Below are positions 15,352 through 26,880 of a DNA stretch of 64,000 nt, in pieces; position 1 is the stretch's first letter, and each line of letters opens with the position of its first letter. This DNA is from Anolis carolinensis (Eukaryota). Both the position numbers and the translations under genes were made by a program. The stretch is taken from the NCBI RefSeq assembly GCF_035594765.1, contig NC_085842.1:10043256-10107255 (forward strand), read 5' to 3'. The notes under the pieces were generated by a model, which was not told where the DNA came from, searched no databases, and was given only the letters and a program-made list of their open reading frames with translations.

Positions 15352-15872
15352 AAAGGATGGGAAGAGAAGAGAAAAAGGAAGGAAGGGCAAGAGAAAAGAA
15401 GACAAAGGAAGGGAAGGGAAGGAAGGAAGGGGAAGAGAAAATAAGGCAAAGGAAAATATGGGAAGAGAAGAGAAAAAGGAAGGAAGGACAAGAGAAAAGA
15501 AGGGAAGGGAAGGAAGGGGAAGAGAAAAGAAGACAAAGGAATATATGGGAAGAGAAGAGAAAAAGGGAAGGAAGGGCAAGAGAAAAGAAGACGAAGGGAA
15601 GGAAGGAAGGGGAAGAGAAAATAAGGCAAAGGAAAATATGGGAAGAGAAGAGAAAAAGGAAGGAAGGACAAGAGAAAAGAAGGGAAGGGAAGGAAGGGGA
15701 AGAGAAAAGAAGACAAAGGAATATATGGGAAGAGAAGAGAAAAAGGAAGGAAGGACAAGAGAAAAGAAGGGAAGGGAAGGTAAAGCAAGGAAAGAAGGAA
15801 GGAAGGGCAAGGGAAAAGAGGGCAAAGGGATGGAAGGGAAGAGAAAAAGGGAAGTAAAGAATGGCAAGAGAA
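15352..15872 (+). repeat. polypurine (GA-rich) minisatellite, ~0.5 kb; second GA tract at 16105-16402
   Basis: Repeating atatgggaagagaagagaaaaaggaaggaagg... units. Confidence 0.95.
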
Positions 15873-16723
15873 AATAATAATGATGATGATGATGATGATG
15901 AATCTTTATTTATATCCTGCTTTTCTCCCTCACTGGACCCAAAGAGGCTTACAACATATTAAACTCACATAAACAACAATCAGAGTACATCAATAATATA
16001 ATATAATAGGATAAACAGATTAATAAAAACAATTATAGTTTGCATTCAAGTTCATAAGGCATCAAATGAGACAAATATTGTACTCTACTCCAGTCCATAA
16101 CATATGATAGGCAAAGGAAGGGAAGGCAAGCGAAGAGCAAGAAAAAGCAAGGAAAGAAGGCAAAGGAAGGGAAGAGGAGAGAAGAGAAAAAGGAAGGAAG
16201 GGCAAGAGAAAAGAAGGAAAAGGAAGGGAAGTGAAGGGAAGAAAAAAGGAAGGAAGGGCAAGAGAAAAGGCAAAGGGGAGAAAAGGGAGGGAAGAAAAAA
16301 AGGATGGAAGAGGAAGAGAAAAGGCAGCAAAGGGCAGGATGGGAAGGGAAGAGAAAAAGGAAGGAAGGAAGGGCAAGAAAAAAGAAAGCAAAGGAAGGGA
16401 AGCTTAGAAGGCAGACCGTATTTTAGTTCTTGCGAACCACTGGTAGTCCGTGGACCACTGGTTGAGAGCCACTGTCTTAAAGGGAAGGGGCTAACTCTGG
16501 ATCCCTCCCATAACGGCTATTTACAATATTCAAGCTGACCAGTCCTGACTAAAGAGGAAAACAGAGGATGTTTCTGTAGGGGCACAACGTTCACAAACTG
16601 GACATTTAAACCAAGGTGGAAATGGAGCTGGAAACTAATCCCAGAGGAACAACTGATGGAATCACATATGGTTTATTTCTTTTCAGGCGAGGGGACAAGA
16701 CAATCATATTTAACTCTCTGAAG

Positions 16724-16858
16724 CAGTGGTCCTCAACCTGTGGGTCCCCGGGTGTTTTGGCCTACAACTCCCAGAAATCAGAGCCAGTTTACCAGCTGTT
16801 AGGATTTATGGGAGTTGAAGGCCAAAACATCTGGGGACCCACAGGTTGAGAACCACTG
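16724..16858. mobile_element. palindromic hAT MITE (135 bp); paralog 43142-43276
   Basis: TIR cagtggtcctcaacctgtgggtcccc / ggggacccacaggttgagaaccactg; flanks ctctgaag / ctctgagg. Confidence 0.88.
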
Positions 16859-17012
16859 CTCTGAGGGATTGTCACACAGAGCTTGCTTTCTGCTGCTCCA
16901 GAGAACAGACCTCCAACTTACAGGTTCAAATGACAAGAACGGGGACTCCACCAAATCTGACGCAGAACTTCTCAAAGTTTGAAATCAGACATTTACACAC
17001 AATGGCTGTTTT

Positions 17013-18370
17013 TTAGCCGGTATGTGTTCTCTGGTGCTGGTTAAGGGCTGAACTCTGAGTAAAACATTTTCCACATTCATGGCATTTATATGGCTTCTCT
17101 CCTGTGTGGCTTCTTTTGTGCCTCGCCAAGTGTGAACTGACAGCAAAACATTTCCCACACTCCTGGCATAGGTATGGCTTCTCTCCTGTGTGGAGTCTTT
17201 TGTGGCTCACCAAGTGTGAACTGAAAGCAAAACATTTCCCACACTCCTGGCATTGGTATGGCTTCTCTCCTGTGTGGAGTCTTTTGTGGCTCAACAAGTT
17301 TGAACTGTAAGCAAAACATTTCCCACACTCCTGGCATTGGTATGGCTTCTCTCCTGTGTGGAGTCTTTTGTGCCTCACCAAGGTTGAACTGCAAGTAAAA
17401 CATGTCCCACACTCCTGGCATTGGTATGGCTTCTCTCCTGTGTGGACTCTTTTGTGCCTCACCAAGGCTGAACTTTCAGCAAAACATTTCCCACACTCCT
17501 GGCATTTGTATGGCTTCTCTCCTGTATGGAGTCTTTTGTGCTTCAACAAGTCTGAATGGGAAACAGAACATTTCCCACACTCCTCACATTTGTATGGCTT
17601 CTCCCTGGTGTGGACTCTTTTGTGGCTCAACAAGGCTGAACTTTCAGCAAAACATTTCCCACACTCCTGACATTGGTGTGGCTTCTCTCCTGTGTGGAGT
17701 CTTTTGTGGCTCACCAAGGTTGAACTGCAAGTAAAACATTTCCCACACTCCTGGCATTGGTATGGCTTCTCTCCTGTGTGGAGTCTTTTGTGGCTCACCA
17801 AGGTTGAACTGCAAATAAAACATTTCCCACACTCCTGGCATTGGTATGGCTTCTCTCCTGTGTGGAGTCTTTTGTGCTTCAACAAGTCTGAATGGGAAGC
17901 AGAACATTTCCCACACTCCTCACATTTGTATGGCTTCTCCCTGGTGTGGACTCTTTTGTGGCTCAACAAGGCTGAACTTTCAGCAAAACATTTCCCACAC
18001 TCCTGACATTGGTGTGGCTTCTCTCCTGTGTGGAGTCTTTTGAGCCTCACCAAGGCTGAACTGGAAGCAAAACACTTCCCACACTCTTGGCATCTGTATT
18101 GTTCCTGACCTGTGTGAAATTTCTTGTGTTTCACCACACATTTTGCAGATACTTTCCCTTTAAGATGGCTTTTCCCAACATCAAGTGTCTTGTGAAGGAC
18201 AAGTGCCACATTTTGGGTAAAACATTGCCCACATACAATGCATTTGTTGGGCCTTTCTCTGGCAGAACCTCCATCTTCTCTGTGGGCTTGCTGGTCTCGA
18301 CGAAGGCCCCCATTGTGTCCAAAATGCTTCCTGTATTTGGTGCATACATGGCTCTTCTCCCCGTTATCTA
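17013..18370 (-). CDS. Gene C1 terminal ZNF exon: 13 C2H2 repeats (first has H->L), phase-1 acceptor
   Basis: ORF 17013-18395; acceptor ttcttcctcttcacag|tag (NAGNAG). Confidence 0.88.
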
Positions 18371-18845
18371 CTGTGAAGAGGAAGAACATAAACAATCATT
18401 CCTCAGTGTGCGTCATAAAGACTCAAAGGAAGTGGGATAAGGAGTGGATTGAAATGATCCTTAAGACAACATAAACATGGAGGAAAAGAAGATATACATG
18501 TTGTCCTTTCCCCTCCCCTTGTTCAGTGAAGATGGACCCTGGTTGTCTGCCTGGAGCCTCTAAGAGAGAGATGAGTAACATACGCTCCAGAGGCTCCCTG
18601 TTGCTCAGCCCAGCCCGGCTTTTTATTCCGTCTCCTTCTCTCTGGGGAATGGATGCCTTTTCCCTTCACATCCAAATGCTTGCCTTTTTCTCTAGCTTTA
18701 GACTTTACCAACTACCACCCATTTCACCATCGTTCCCTCCCTTTTATTTCTCTCCCCCAATCCCAGTTCTCTTTTCCCATGCTCCCTTAAGGTTGGATTT
18801 TTCCGCTCCAACGTAGAAGATCCCATACCTAATTTCAGAGTACAA

Positions 18846-19634
18846 CAGTAGAGTCTCACTTATCCAACATAAACTGGCCGGCAGAACGTTGGCTAAGCAA
18901 AAATGTTGGATAATAAGGCGGAATTAAGGGAAAGCCTATTAAATATCAAATTACATTATGATTTTACAAATTAAGCACCATAACATCATGTTTTACAACA
19001 AGTTGACAGATAAAGCAGTTCAATACACGGTAACATGATGGAGAAATCACTGTATTTACGAATTTAGCACCAAACATCGCAATGTATTGAAAGCATTGAC
19101 TACAAAAAATATTTATTACTAAAAACTTGACTATAAATATAGAATTGCATAAAACACTGTTGGAAGTTAAATCCATAAAAAGTTCAGTCTTGTGAAGATT
19201 TTTTAAAATCTGTGACCTTTGCCTGCTTTTCCAACGATTGCCATTTCTCCGCTGCCAAGTCTCGCCATCTTTGCGGCATCCTTATGTCCATCCCCGGAGC
19301 TTCTTCTTGTTGCTTGATGTGTGTCATTGCGGTTTCTAGTGCCCAAACCCTATCCTTGTGTTAGATCCTGAGAGGCCTAACAACTTATTCCATTTCTTCT
19401 ATCCTTGCCGAGAATAGCTTCCTGCAATAGTTCCTTTTGAGCTCTTCCAAAACGCCCTGATCCATCGGTTGGCATATGACGGTTACATTCGGTGGCAGAA
19501 ACATCGCCTTCATGTCCCCCTCTTGAAGCTCCTCTGCATCAGGGTGTGTTGAGGCATTGTCTAGCAACAAAACCGCTTTCCTGGGCAGGTAAATTTCCTT
19601 CAAAAATTCCTCCGTGGAAGGAACAAATTCCTTA
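18846..19634 (-). mobile_element. Tigger/pogo DNA transposon, 3' half (DDE fragment)
   Basis: TIR cagtagagtctcacttatccaac; KAVLLLDNASTHP...FLPPNVTVICQPMDQGV. Confidence 0.9.
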
Positions 19635-20045
19635 GGGCTGGGCTGTAGCACAGCTGGTAAATCACCAGCAGTACTAAGATCTACCAACTGAAAGGTGGCC
19701 AGTTCGAAGCCCAGTCGGGGGTGAGCGCTCGACCTCCAGCCCAGCTCACTGTTTACCTAAACAGTTCGAAAACAGTTCACAAGCTGTAAATAGAGAAATG
19801 AGGTAACGCAAATTGTGGGGGAGGTATTTTAAAACACCATAAAGAACAAGACCAGAAATGCGGTGGCCAAGAGGAAGGTGGAAGGAGGAAGTTCTGATGG
19901 CTCTTCGTCATAGAGAATGAAGCAACAGCACCCCTGTGACTGAATCTGAGCAGAACATCAGCCTCCAAGGCACCAAAAAACTGGACTTCAAGACGACATA
20001 CCTCCTTCTGTTTGTCTTATTCTGTTCTGTCCAAACGGTATTGAA
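19635..20045 (+). mobile_element. tRNA-derived SINE nested in Tigger, 3'-truncated in this copy; fuller paralog ~45946-46440
   Basis: gggctgggctgtagcacagctgg head, box-B-like gttcgaagccc; related to 22913-23388. Confidence 0.8.
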
Positions 20046-20377
20046 TTTCTGATTTAGATTGTTAGACCTCTTCCCAACTTAAGCTGGTTAGTTGTTCAAA
20101 TTCTTTTGTGACCCCCCCCCCTTTCCATTTCTTGTACATGTCACCTTTTCAATCTTAGCTCCTTTGAAAGTTCTTTGAACATCCATTCTAGTTTCTTTAC
20201 TTTTCTCTTCATTTTTTCCCTCCTTGTTGGTGCTGTTTGCAATTGTACCTTCAGTATTTCTCTTCTAAGGAAACACATTCAATCTTGTCTGTTTCAACAG
20301 ATATTTGGGCATTAAGCCTGGAACCAAAGGCACCCCGGCAGGCCCAGTCCTCCTCTCCCAGGAACCCTTCTGCTTAC

Positions 20378-20448
20378 CTGACTCAGTCCCACTCCATCGC
20401 AAAGGGGGAGAAACAGCTGAGGATTCGGCAACAGCATCATTCCAGACC
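20378..20448 (-). CDS. C1 coding exon 3 (71 nt, phase 1 to 0; GSGMMLLPNPQLFLPLCDGVGLSQ)
   Basis: Acceptor ctctctctccag|, donor cag|gtaagc; paralog 51592-51662. Confidence 0.7.
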
Positions 20449-20924
20449 CTGGAGAGAGAGCAAGGGGTGGAAAGCTGGTCACAGAAACAGGCCTCAGAGG
20501 TGACCATTGCAGTCCTATAAAGAGACCGATGAGGAAACGGCCCTAAGAACACAGGCGCATTCAACAGCCCAAGAAGATGTACAATGTGAGGGTTTAGGAC
20601 TTTATCTCGCAAGCACTGCTGTGAGGATGTTTGAGTAGCACTGGGCTTGGTGTTTCAATTGACTAAAGTGATTCTTTGCTGTCTGTTTGTCTTCCAGCTC
20701 AGTTTCAGGGCTCAGCTCAGCTCAGGGTCCCACCTGGGAAGACACTGAAGGGCTGCATTTTCAGTCCTATTGCAAGAAAGAAAACTGCAAATCAAACTGA
20801 AATCACACTGTTAGCAACCCAATGCCTACATATAACAACAACAACAAGTCCAACAATAATTTTATTTATTTATCATCCCCCTGAAGCAGAAACCCACAAA
20901 ACTCCCAGAAGAGTTCCTTCTCAC

Positions 20925-21042
20925 CCTGCAAGGCGGCAGCCCCGTCTCCTTCCCGCTTCAGCTCCTTCTGCCTGAGACTCTGGGTGGTGTCTGGTGGAGA
21001 TTCCTCTGGTGCAGGGACTTCCATGGAGTTATTATTATGGGC
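20925..21042 (-). CDS. C1 coding exon 2 (118 nt, phase 0 to 1)
   Basis: Acceptor gtgctcttccag|, donor cagg|gtgaga; AHNNNSMEVPAPEESPP... Confidence 0.78.
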
Positions 21043-21375
21043 CTGGAAGAGCACAGAGCATTCCAGAAGGAGTTTGGGAAATGTTCAGAAACATCACAGA
21101 CCTATAGACCTTTTTTGGAAAGAATAACTCTGAGATGGCAACCTAGTTTGGAACCAATGCCCCCTCCCCTCCCATCATTGTCTATGTTCTATCTTGAGCA
21201 GAGCATCAACCAAGCTGACGGTAGAGATGGAGGGGCAGAGCAGGTGGGGAGAGAGGCCGAGGGAGCAGGGCCTTGCTTATCTACCACATCAGTCCCATCT
21301 TGGAAGAAAGGCAGGGTGTCGTTTAACCTGTCCATCAGTCCCCAGGTTAGTGAAACCCAGAGGGAATGCTCTCAC

Positions 21376-21765
21376 CTGTCCTTCCTGCTCCTTGTCCTTG
21401 GCCCGACTCAGGAGGAAGCCTTCCGCCAGGGCCACCGCCTGGGAACAGGTCTCTGCCCCACACTCTCGGACCCAGCTCCCCATCTCTGGGGGCAGGATGC
21501 TCAGGAACTGCTCCAGGGTCACCAGGTCCAGCACCTCGGCCTTGGTGTGCTGCTCTGGCTTCAGCCACTGGCGGCACAGGTCGTGGAGACGACTGCAAAC
21601 CCCTCTGGGTCCTTCACCCTCTTGGTAGGAGGACTGCCTGAAGCGCTGGCGCTGTGTGTCCGAGCTGTCAAGGTCCACACTCAGGGACTCATGTCTGGTT
21701 CTTTCCCAGGATTCCCCACTGCTCCCAGGTCCTGCTTCAGGCCCACGTGAGTTGGGTCTCTCCAT
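21376..21765 (-). CDS. C1 coding exon 1: SCAN domain (MERPNS...; exon acceptor at 21893)
   Basis: [54 protein letters not shown]...AVALAE matches SCAN; donor cag|gtgaga. Confidence 0.93.
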
Positions 21766-22199
21766 GTTGGAACCGCTCTGGTGAAGAACCCAACCGTACC
21801 CAAGATGCTTTTCCTCCCTCTTCTTTCTTTCAAGGGAAAGAAATCCCTCCACAGGCTCTACACCGAGATTCTCGGCCCAAAATCCCGTTTCCTCTGTGAA
21901 AGAAAGGCAGAAAGGTTGTGGGACCAGGCTTTTGAGCAATAGTAGCAGCAGAAATGGCAACTATATGATCCAAGGTATAATGACAGACCCGGTTTGTACT
22001 TGAAATGCACCTTGAATGTTTATTTAAATGTATATTTATGAAGGTCTGAATGTAACTTAATTTAAATGGAATTTTGAAATGTGACTGTAATTATTTGATA
22101 TATGTGTTTTATACTGTAAGCCACCCTGAGTCCCCTTGATGGGTGAGAAGGGCGGGGTAGAAATGTTGTAATATTGTAATTTTGTTTCTTTGTAATAAA

Positions 22200-22900
22200 T
22201 AAACATAAAGAAGACTCAACAATGACATGGTTTCATTATAACTGACTCCAACAGAGACTCCGTCTAGACAACAAAATGGGTAGACAAGAATCGGAGAATC
22301 AGCGGAACCAACTGCTACAGACAAAAAAACAAGCCAACTGGGAAGCTGCATCAATTTCTTCTGAAAGATTTTACAATTGATGGAGAAATAAAAGAACCTA
22401 TGAGTCAGTGGGTGAAAAGTCTAGGCTGGGCAATAAGTCCATGAGAATGGGAAGAGCTCTGGTAAAAATGACTAAAATTTACAAGGAGTCACACAATTAA
22501 ATAAAATTTCTACAAAATAATACATAGATGGTACATAACTCCAGAAAAACTCTCAAATACACACACAGTGAGAGAGATATATGATATGTTGGGACTTGTC
22601 CAAAAGCTAACGAATTCTGAATAAAAATCCACAGAGACATGGAAACTATTCTAGAGTACAAAATCCCATTAAGACCAGAACTTTTTCTACTGGGAAACAT
22701 CAAGAAAGACTCTTTCTTTATATGACAACAGAAGCAAGAACTGAATACGCAAAACTATGGAAACAACAAGACATGCCAACACCAGAAAACTGGATGACAA
22801 AAGGTTTTGAAATGGCCAAATAGGACAAACTAACTTTAGCTGTACAACAAACAAATACACAGAGACTTCCAAGAAGAATGGACGCCCTTCATTGAATTCA
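22200..22900 (+). mobile_element. old L1 ORF2 3' fragment; paralog ~53550-54140
   Basis: KIIHRWYITPEKL motif, A-rich. Confidence 0.7.
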
Positions 22901-22912
22901 CAAAGAAGCAAA

Positions 22913-23388
22913 GGGGCCGGGCTGTGGCGCAGCTGGCTAGTAACCAGCTGCTATAAATCACTACTGACCGAGAGGCCATGAGTCCGAAGCCCGGGTCGGG
23001 TTAAGCCTCCGACCATAAAAAAAAAAAAAATAGCCCCGGCTTGCTGTTGACCTAGCAGCCCCGAAAGACAGTTGCATCTGTCAAGTAGGGAAAATTTAGG
23101 GACGCTTTATGCGGGAGGCTAATTTAACTAATCTACAACACCATAAAACTGCTCACGAGGAAAAGAAGAGGAAGAACAGCCACCAATGGACGGTGAAGCA
23201 ACAGCTCCCCCTGTGGCCGGAAATCGTGAAGCTGGAAAGATGTTAAAAAATGCCTCTGTGTCTGTCTAAAACTGAATGTTGTTTGTCTGTTGGCATTGAA
23301 TGTTTGCCATATATGTGTTCATTGTAATCCGCCCTGAGTCCCCTTCGGGGTGAGAAAGAAGGGCGGAATATAAATACTGTAAATAAAG
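22913..23388 (+). mobile_element. tRNA-head / L2-tail SINE (AnolisSINE2-like), present only in duplication copy 1
   Basis: ggggccgggctgtggcgcagctgg head; L2-type tail tgtaatccgccctgagtccccttcgggg...; empty site at ~54140. Confidence 0.85.
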
Positions 23389-24029
23389 GAAGATGACCAC
23401 GGCAGGATCAGTTGAGTAAAATATTATTAATAGTATACAGTTACATTTTGTACTATCTCTAAACTCTTTATTCAAGAGACTTTGAATAACTGACCTATCA
23501 ACACTCTTTGATTAGAATATAGAAGGTGGCAAGCCTCGTTAATTAGATATTTTAGAGCGACACATATATAGAAACACATATTTGTGTAGTGTTGAAAGAA
23601 GAAAAGATGAAAATGTAACATAGTGAATTATCATCCAGACAATCCTAATTGACTAACCAATGGAGCGGATATTTGGGATCCATCTGGCAGTCGTGATGAT
23701 GAGATGAAATGCCTGCAAAGAACGGGAAGAGGAGGCGGGAAGGAGGCCGGATCTCCTGGGAAGGCCAGAAGGTCCTGAGGAGAAGAGGGCGTTCGCTTCT
23801 GTCTCCGAGGCCCTGTGGATCTCCCCAACCCCGAGGCCATGTCTCTCATCCCGGGGCCTGGGCTGAAGAGAGGGACGTGAAGGCAAAACCAAGGCCAGGC
23901 CTCTCTCCCGCCCTCCCTCTTTCTTGGGATCACAGAAGACACGGAGACACTTCTTTCCTATTCTCAAAGAGACCTCCTTCGTTCTACAGCAGACCCATCA
24001 CATTCACTCTTCCAAACAATCCTACCTTT

Positions 24030-25096
24030 CCTTTTGGCATCCAATGTTCTTTCCACCCTTCAAGCTGAGGTAAAGATTGGCCCTCAGGTCCCGGGAATGG
24101 CCGTTCATGGCGGAACGGCGAAGGAAAGGGCCGGGGAAGATTCTGCCCGGAGACGGATGACGTCAGGGAGGGAGGCGGATTCCCATTGGCGGACCCTGGG
24201 CGTTGGGAAGAAAAGAAAGGAGGAGCGTCTCTCTCTGTCTAGAGCTCCGTTCGACTGCCGAGAAGCCCCGCCCCTCTCTGGGCATCGTGCCCGCGGCTGC
24301 CATGTTGAGCCCGGGCGGAAGTCCACCGAGGAGGGAGGCGTCTTCCTAGAGAGACTCAGGACGAGAGGCGCCTTTTCCTGTCAGAGCGAGCGCGGGAGGG
24401 AGAGGAAGGAGGAAGCGGAGGAGGAGGAGGAGGAGGAGGAGGAGGAGGAGGGGTGAGTGTGCGTGTGCGTGTTGGGGGGGGGGCTGAGTGGGTCCCCGAG
24501 TCTCCCCCCGCGCCCCCCTCCGGCCTTGGCCTGCCTGGCCCTTCGCCTCAAGGCCTCCCTTCCGGCCTCCCTTCCTCCCCGCCCATCTCCATCTCCATCT
24601 CCACGCAGAGGCGCCTCCCGCTCCTTGGCCTGGCCCCCCCTTCCCCGCTTCACCCGGCGCTTCCTCGGGCAGCCTGCCTGCCATGAGGAGCCGGCCAGGA
24701 GAGTCCGGCCCAGGGCGAGTCTGCCCGGAGACGGGTGACGCGGAGAGACGAGGACGATTCCCATTGGCCGATTCCTGGAGTGACCGTTAACGGCAGAAGG
24801 GCGGGGCGGGGGGCGGGGCGGGGGCGTTCCTGCCCGGAGACCGATGACGCCAGAGAGGAAGGCGGATTCTCATTGGCGGACGCTGGGCGTTGAGAGGAAA
24901 GGAAAGAAGGGGCGTGTCTGTCCGCTTCTGCCTCTCCGCTTGTCTCGGGCCCCGCCCCTCTGTGGGAATCCTGCCCGCGGCCGCCATGTTTCTTGAGGGC
25001 GGAAGTGCAGCGAGAGGCGGGAAGACTCGGGGTGGGCGGGGGCGGGCGGCGCTCTTTCCTGTCAGAAGGAAGGAAGGAAAGAGGAGGAGGAGGCCT

Positions 25097-25132
<36 letters not shown>

Positions 25133-25270
25133 GTGAGTGGGGCGCCCCCTCTGCCCTCAGGCCTCCCTCCCTTCCTCCCTTCCTTCCTTCTTCTCGGCCT
25201 TTGGGAGGGAGCGGCCTGTCTGTCTGTCTGTCTGTCCAGGGACTCTGCGGCCTGTCTGCAGTTCAAGCCC
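24030..25270. promoter_or_regulatory. CpG-island promoter 2, between divergent C1 (-) and B2 (+)
   Basis: CpG-rich; full CRE TGACGTCA 24158-24165; three fixed-spacing modules; GTGAGT donors at ~24453 and ~25133; (GAG)n and (GA)n tracts. Confidence 0.8.
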
Positions 25271-25395
25271 AACCTTCACCCTCAGTCTTAACTTAAATGT
25301 GGCTTTGTTTTTATAGGCATTCAAGGCGTCAGATGGTGCCCTTGTTGTCAGCCGCCCTCAATGATGTAAATACGTCTCTCCCTCAAACGGATATA

Positions 25396-25690
25396 CAGCA
25401 GAGTCTCACTTATCCAACAGAAACGGGCCGGCAGAATGTTGGATAAGCGAATATGTTGGATAATAAGGAGGCACTAAGGAAAAGTCTATTAAACATCAAA
25501 TGAGGTTATGATTTTACAAATGAAGCACCAAAACATCATGTTAGACAACAAATTTGACAGAAAAAGTAGTTCAATACGCAGTAATGCTACGTAGTAATTA
25601 CTGTATTTACGAATTTAGCACCAAAATATCACGATGTATTGAAAACATTGACGACAAAAATGCGTTGGATAATCCAGAATGTTGGATAAT
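25396..25690. mobile_element. Tigger-derived MITE (partial)
   Basis: cagcagagtctcacttatccaac TIR, same family as 18846 and as the TIR at 4968-5007. Confidence 0.8.
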
Positions 25691-26181
25691 GATGTAAATT
25701 TAGAGCAACGGGAAGAGCCAGGGAGGCAGTTCCATCTTGTCTCCTGTGCCATAGCAACATGCTGTGCTAATTTTATATACATATATATATAATATACAAT
25801 AATTTATAAATAGACAATATATTGTACGTACTTGTAATATTGATAATAATATTATAATGCAATACAATATTATACTAATTAATAATATAATATAATATTA
25901 ATTATATATTATATATTAAATGTAATATTACTAATAATATTACCATGAAATTATATAGTACAATATAGTAATTTAATGGCTTATATTGTGCTATGCTAAT
26001 AATATATTGTATGTACATTTGAATTGTAAGCCGCTCTGAGTCCCCTTCGGGGTGAGAAGAGCGGCATATAAATGTAGTAAATAAATAAATAAATAAGTCT
26101 CTCCCTCAAACGGATATAGTCATTTTTTCCAACCTCTTTCGGGTGGATGAGTTAGAAACCCAGAGCTCAGGGGTAGATTTT

Positions 26182-26455
26182 GGAGCCTCCGGTGGCCTAG
26201 GGGATAAAAGCCTCGTGGCTTGAAGGTTGGGCTGCTGACCTGAAGGCTGCCAGGTTCAGATCCCACCCGGGGAGAGCGCGGGTGAGCTCCCTCTCTCAGC
26301 TCCAGCTCCATGTGGGGACATGAGAGAAGCTTCCCTCCCACAAGGATGGTAGAACATCAAAACATCCGGGCAATGTCCCCTGGGCAACGTCCTTGCAGAC
26401 GGCCAATTCTCTCACTCCGGAAGCAACTCGGGTTGCTCCTGACACGAAAAAAAAG
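26182..26455 (+). mobile_element. tRNA-derived SINE with A tail
   Basis: ggagcctccggtggcctaggggataaa head, ggttcagatccc box B, ends gctcctgacacgaaaaaaaa. Confidence 0.75.
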
Positions 26456-26459
26456 CGAT

Positions 26460-26880
26460 AGATTCTCCTGAATTGACCGACTGGCCCCCTGTTTCAGTAG
26501 GGAAGGAGCAGACCTGATCGTTGGTCTAAAAAATGGAAAAGTACTTGGATCGGAGTTAATTATCCCGGAGATTCTGACATCGGATCCTGAGTGGTGGACC
26601 CTCTTCTTGGTGGCAGTCTTCACCATCATTAACAACACGGGCATCCTACCAAACCACTGGCAATTTGCCATTATAGTTCCAATCTACAGAAAAGGTGACC
26701 CTCCCGATCCTTCCAATTACTGGCCAATTAGCCTTCTATCGGTAATTGGAAAGCTTTGTGCAAAATTCCTATTGATAAAGTTGTAGACCAGGCTGGACCA
26801 GAACAAAACCATCAGCCCTGAGCAAACTGGATTCCGTAAGGATAAATCCGCCTTGGATCACTGCTTCGTACTTTCTCAAA
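26460..26880 (+). mobile_element. non-LTR retrotransposon RT N-terminal fragment (RTE/RTE-X-like)
   Basis: Translates to WQFAIIVPIYRKGD...NYWPISLLSVIGK...EQTGFRK..ALDHCF. Confidence 0.75.

Noticed and set aside
22913-23020. tRNA gene (also ~19635 and ~26182)
   Set aside because: tRNA-like SINE heads; no complete cloverleaf evident.
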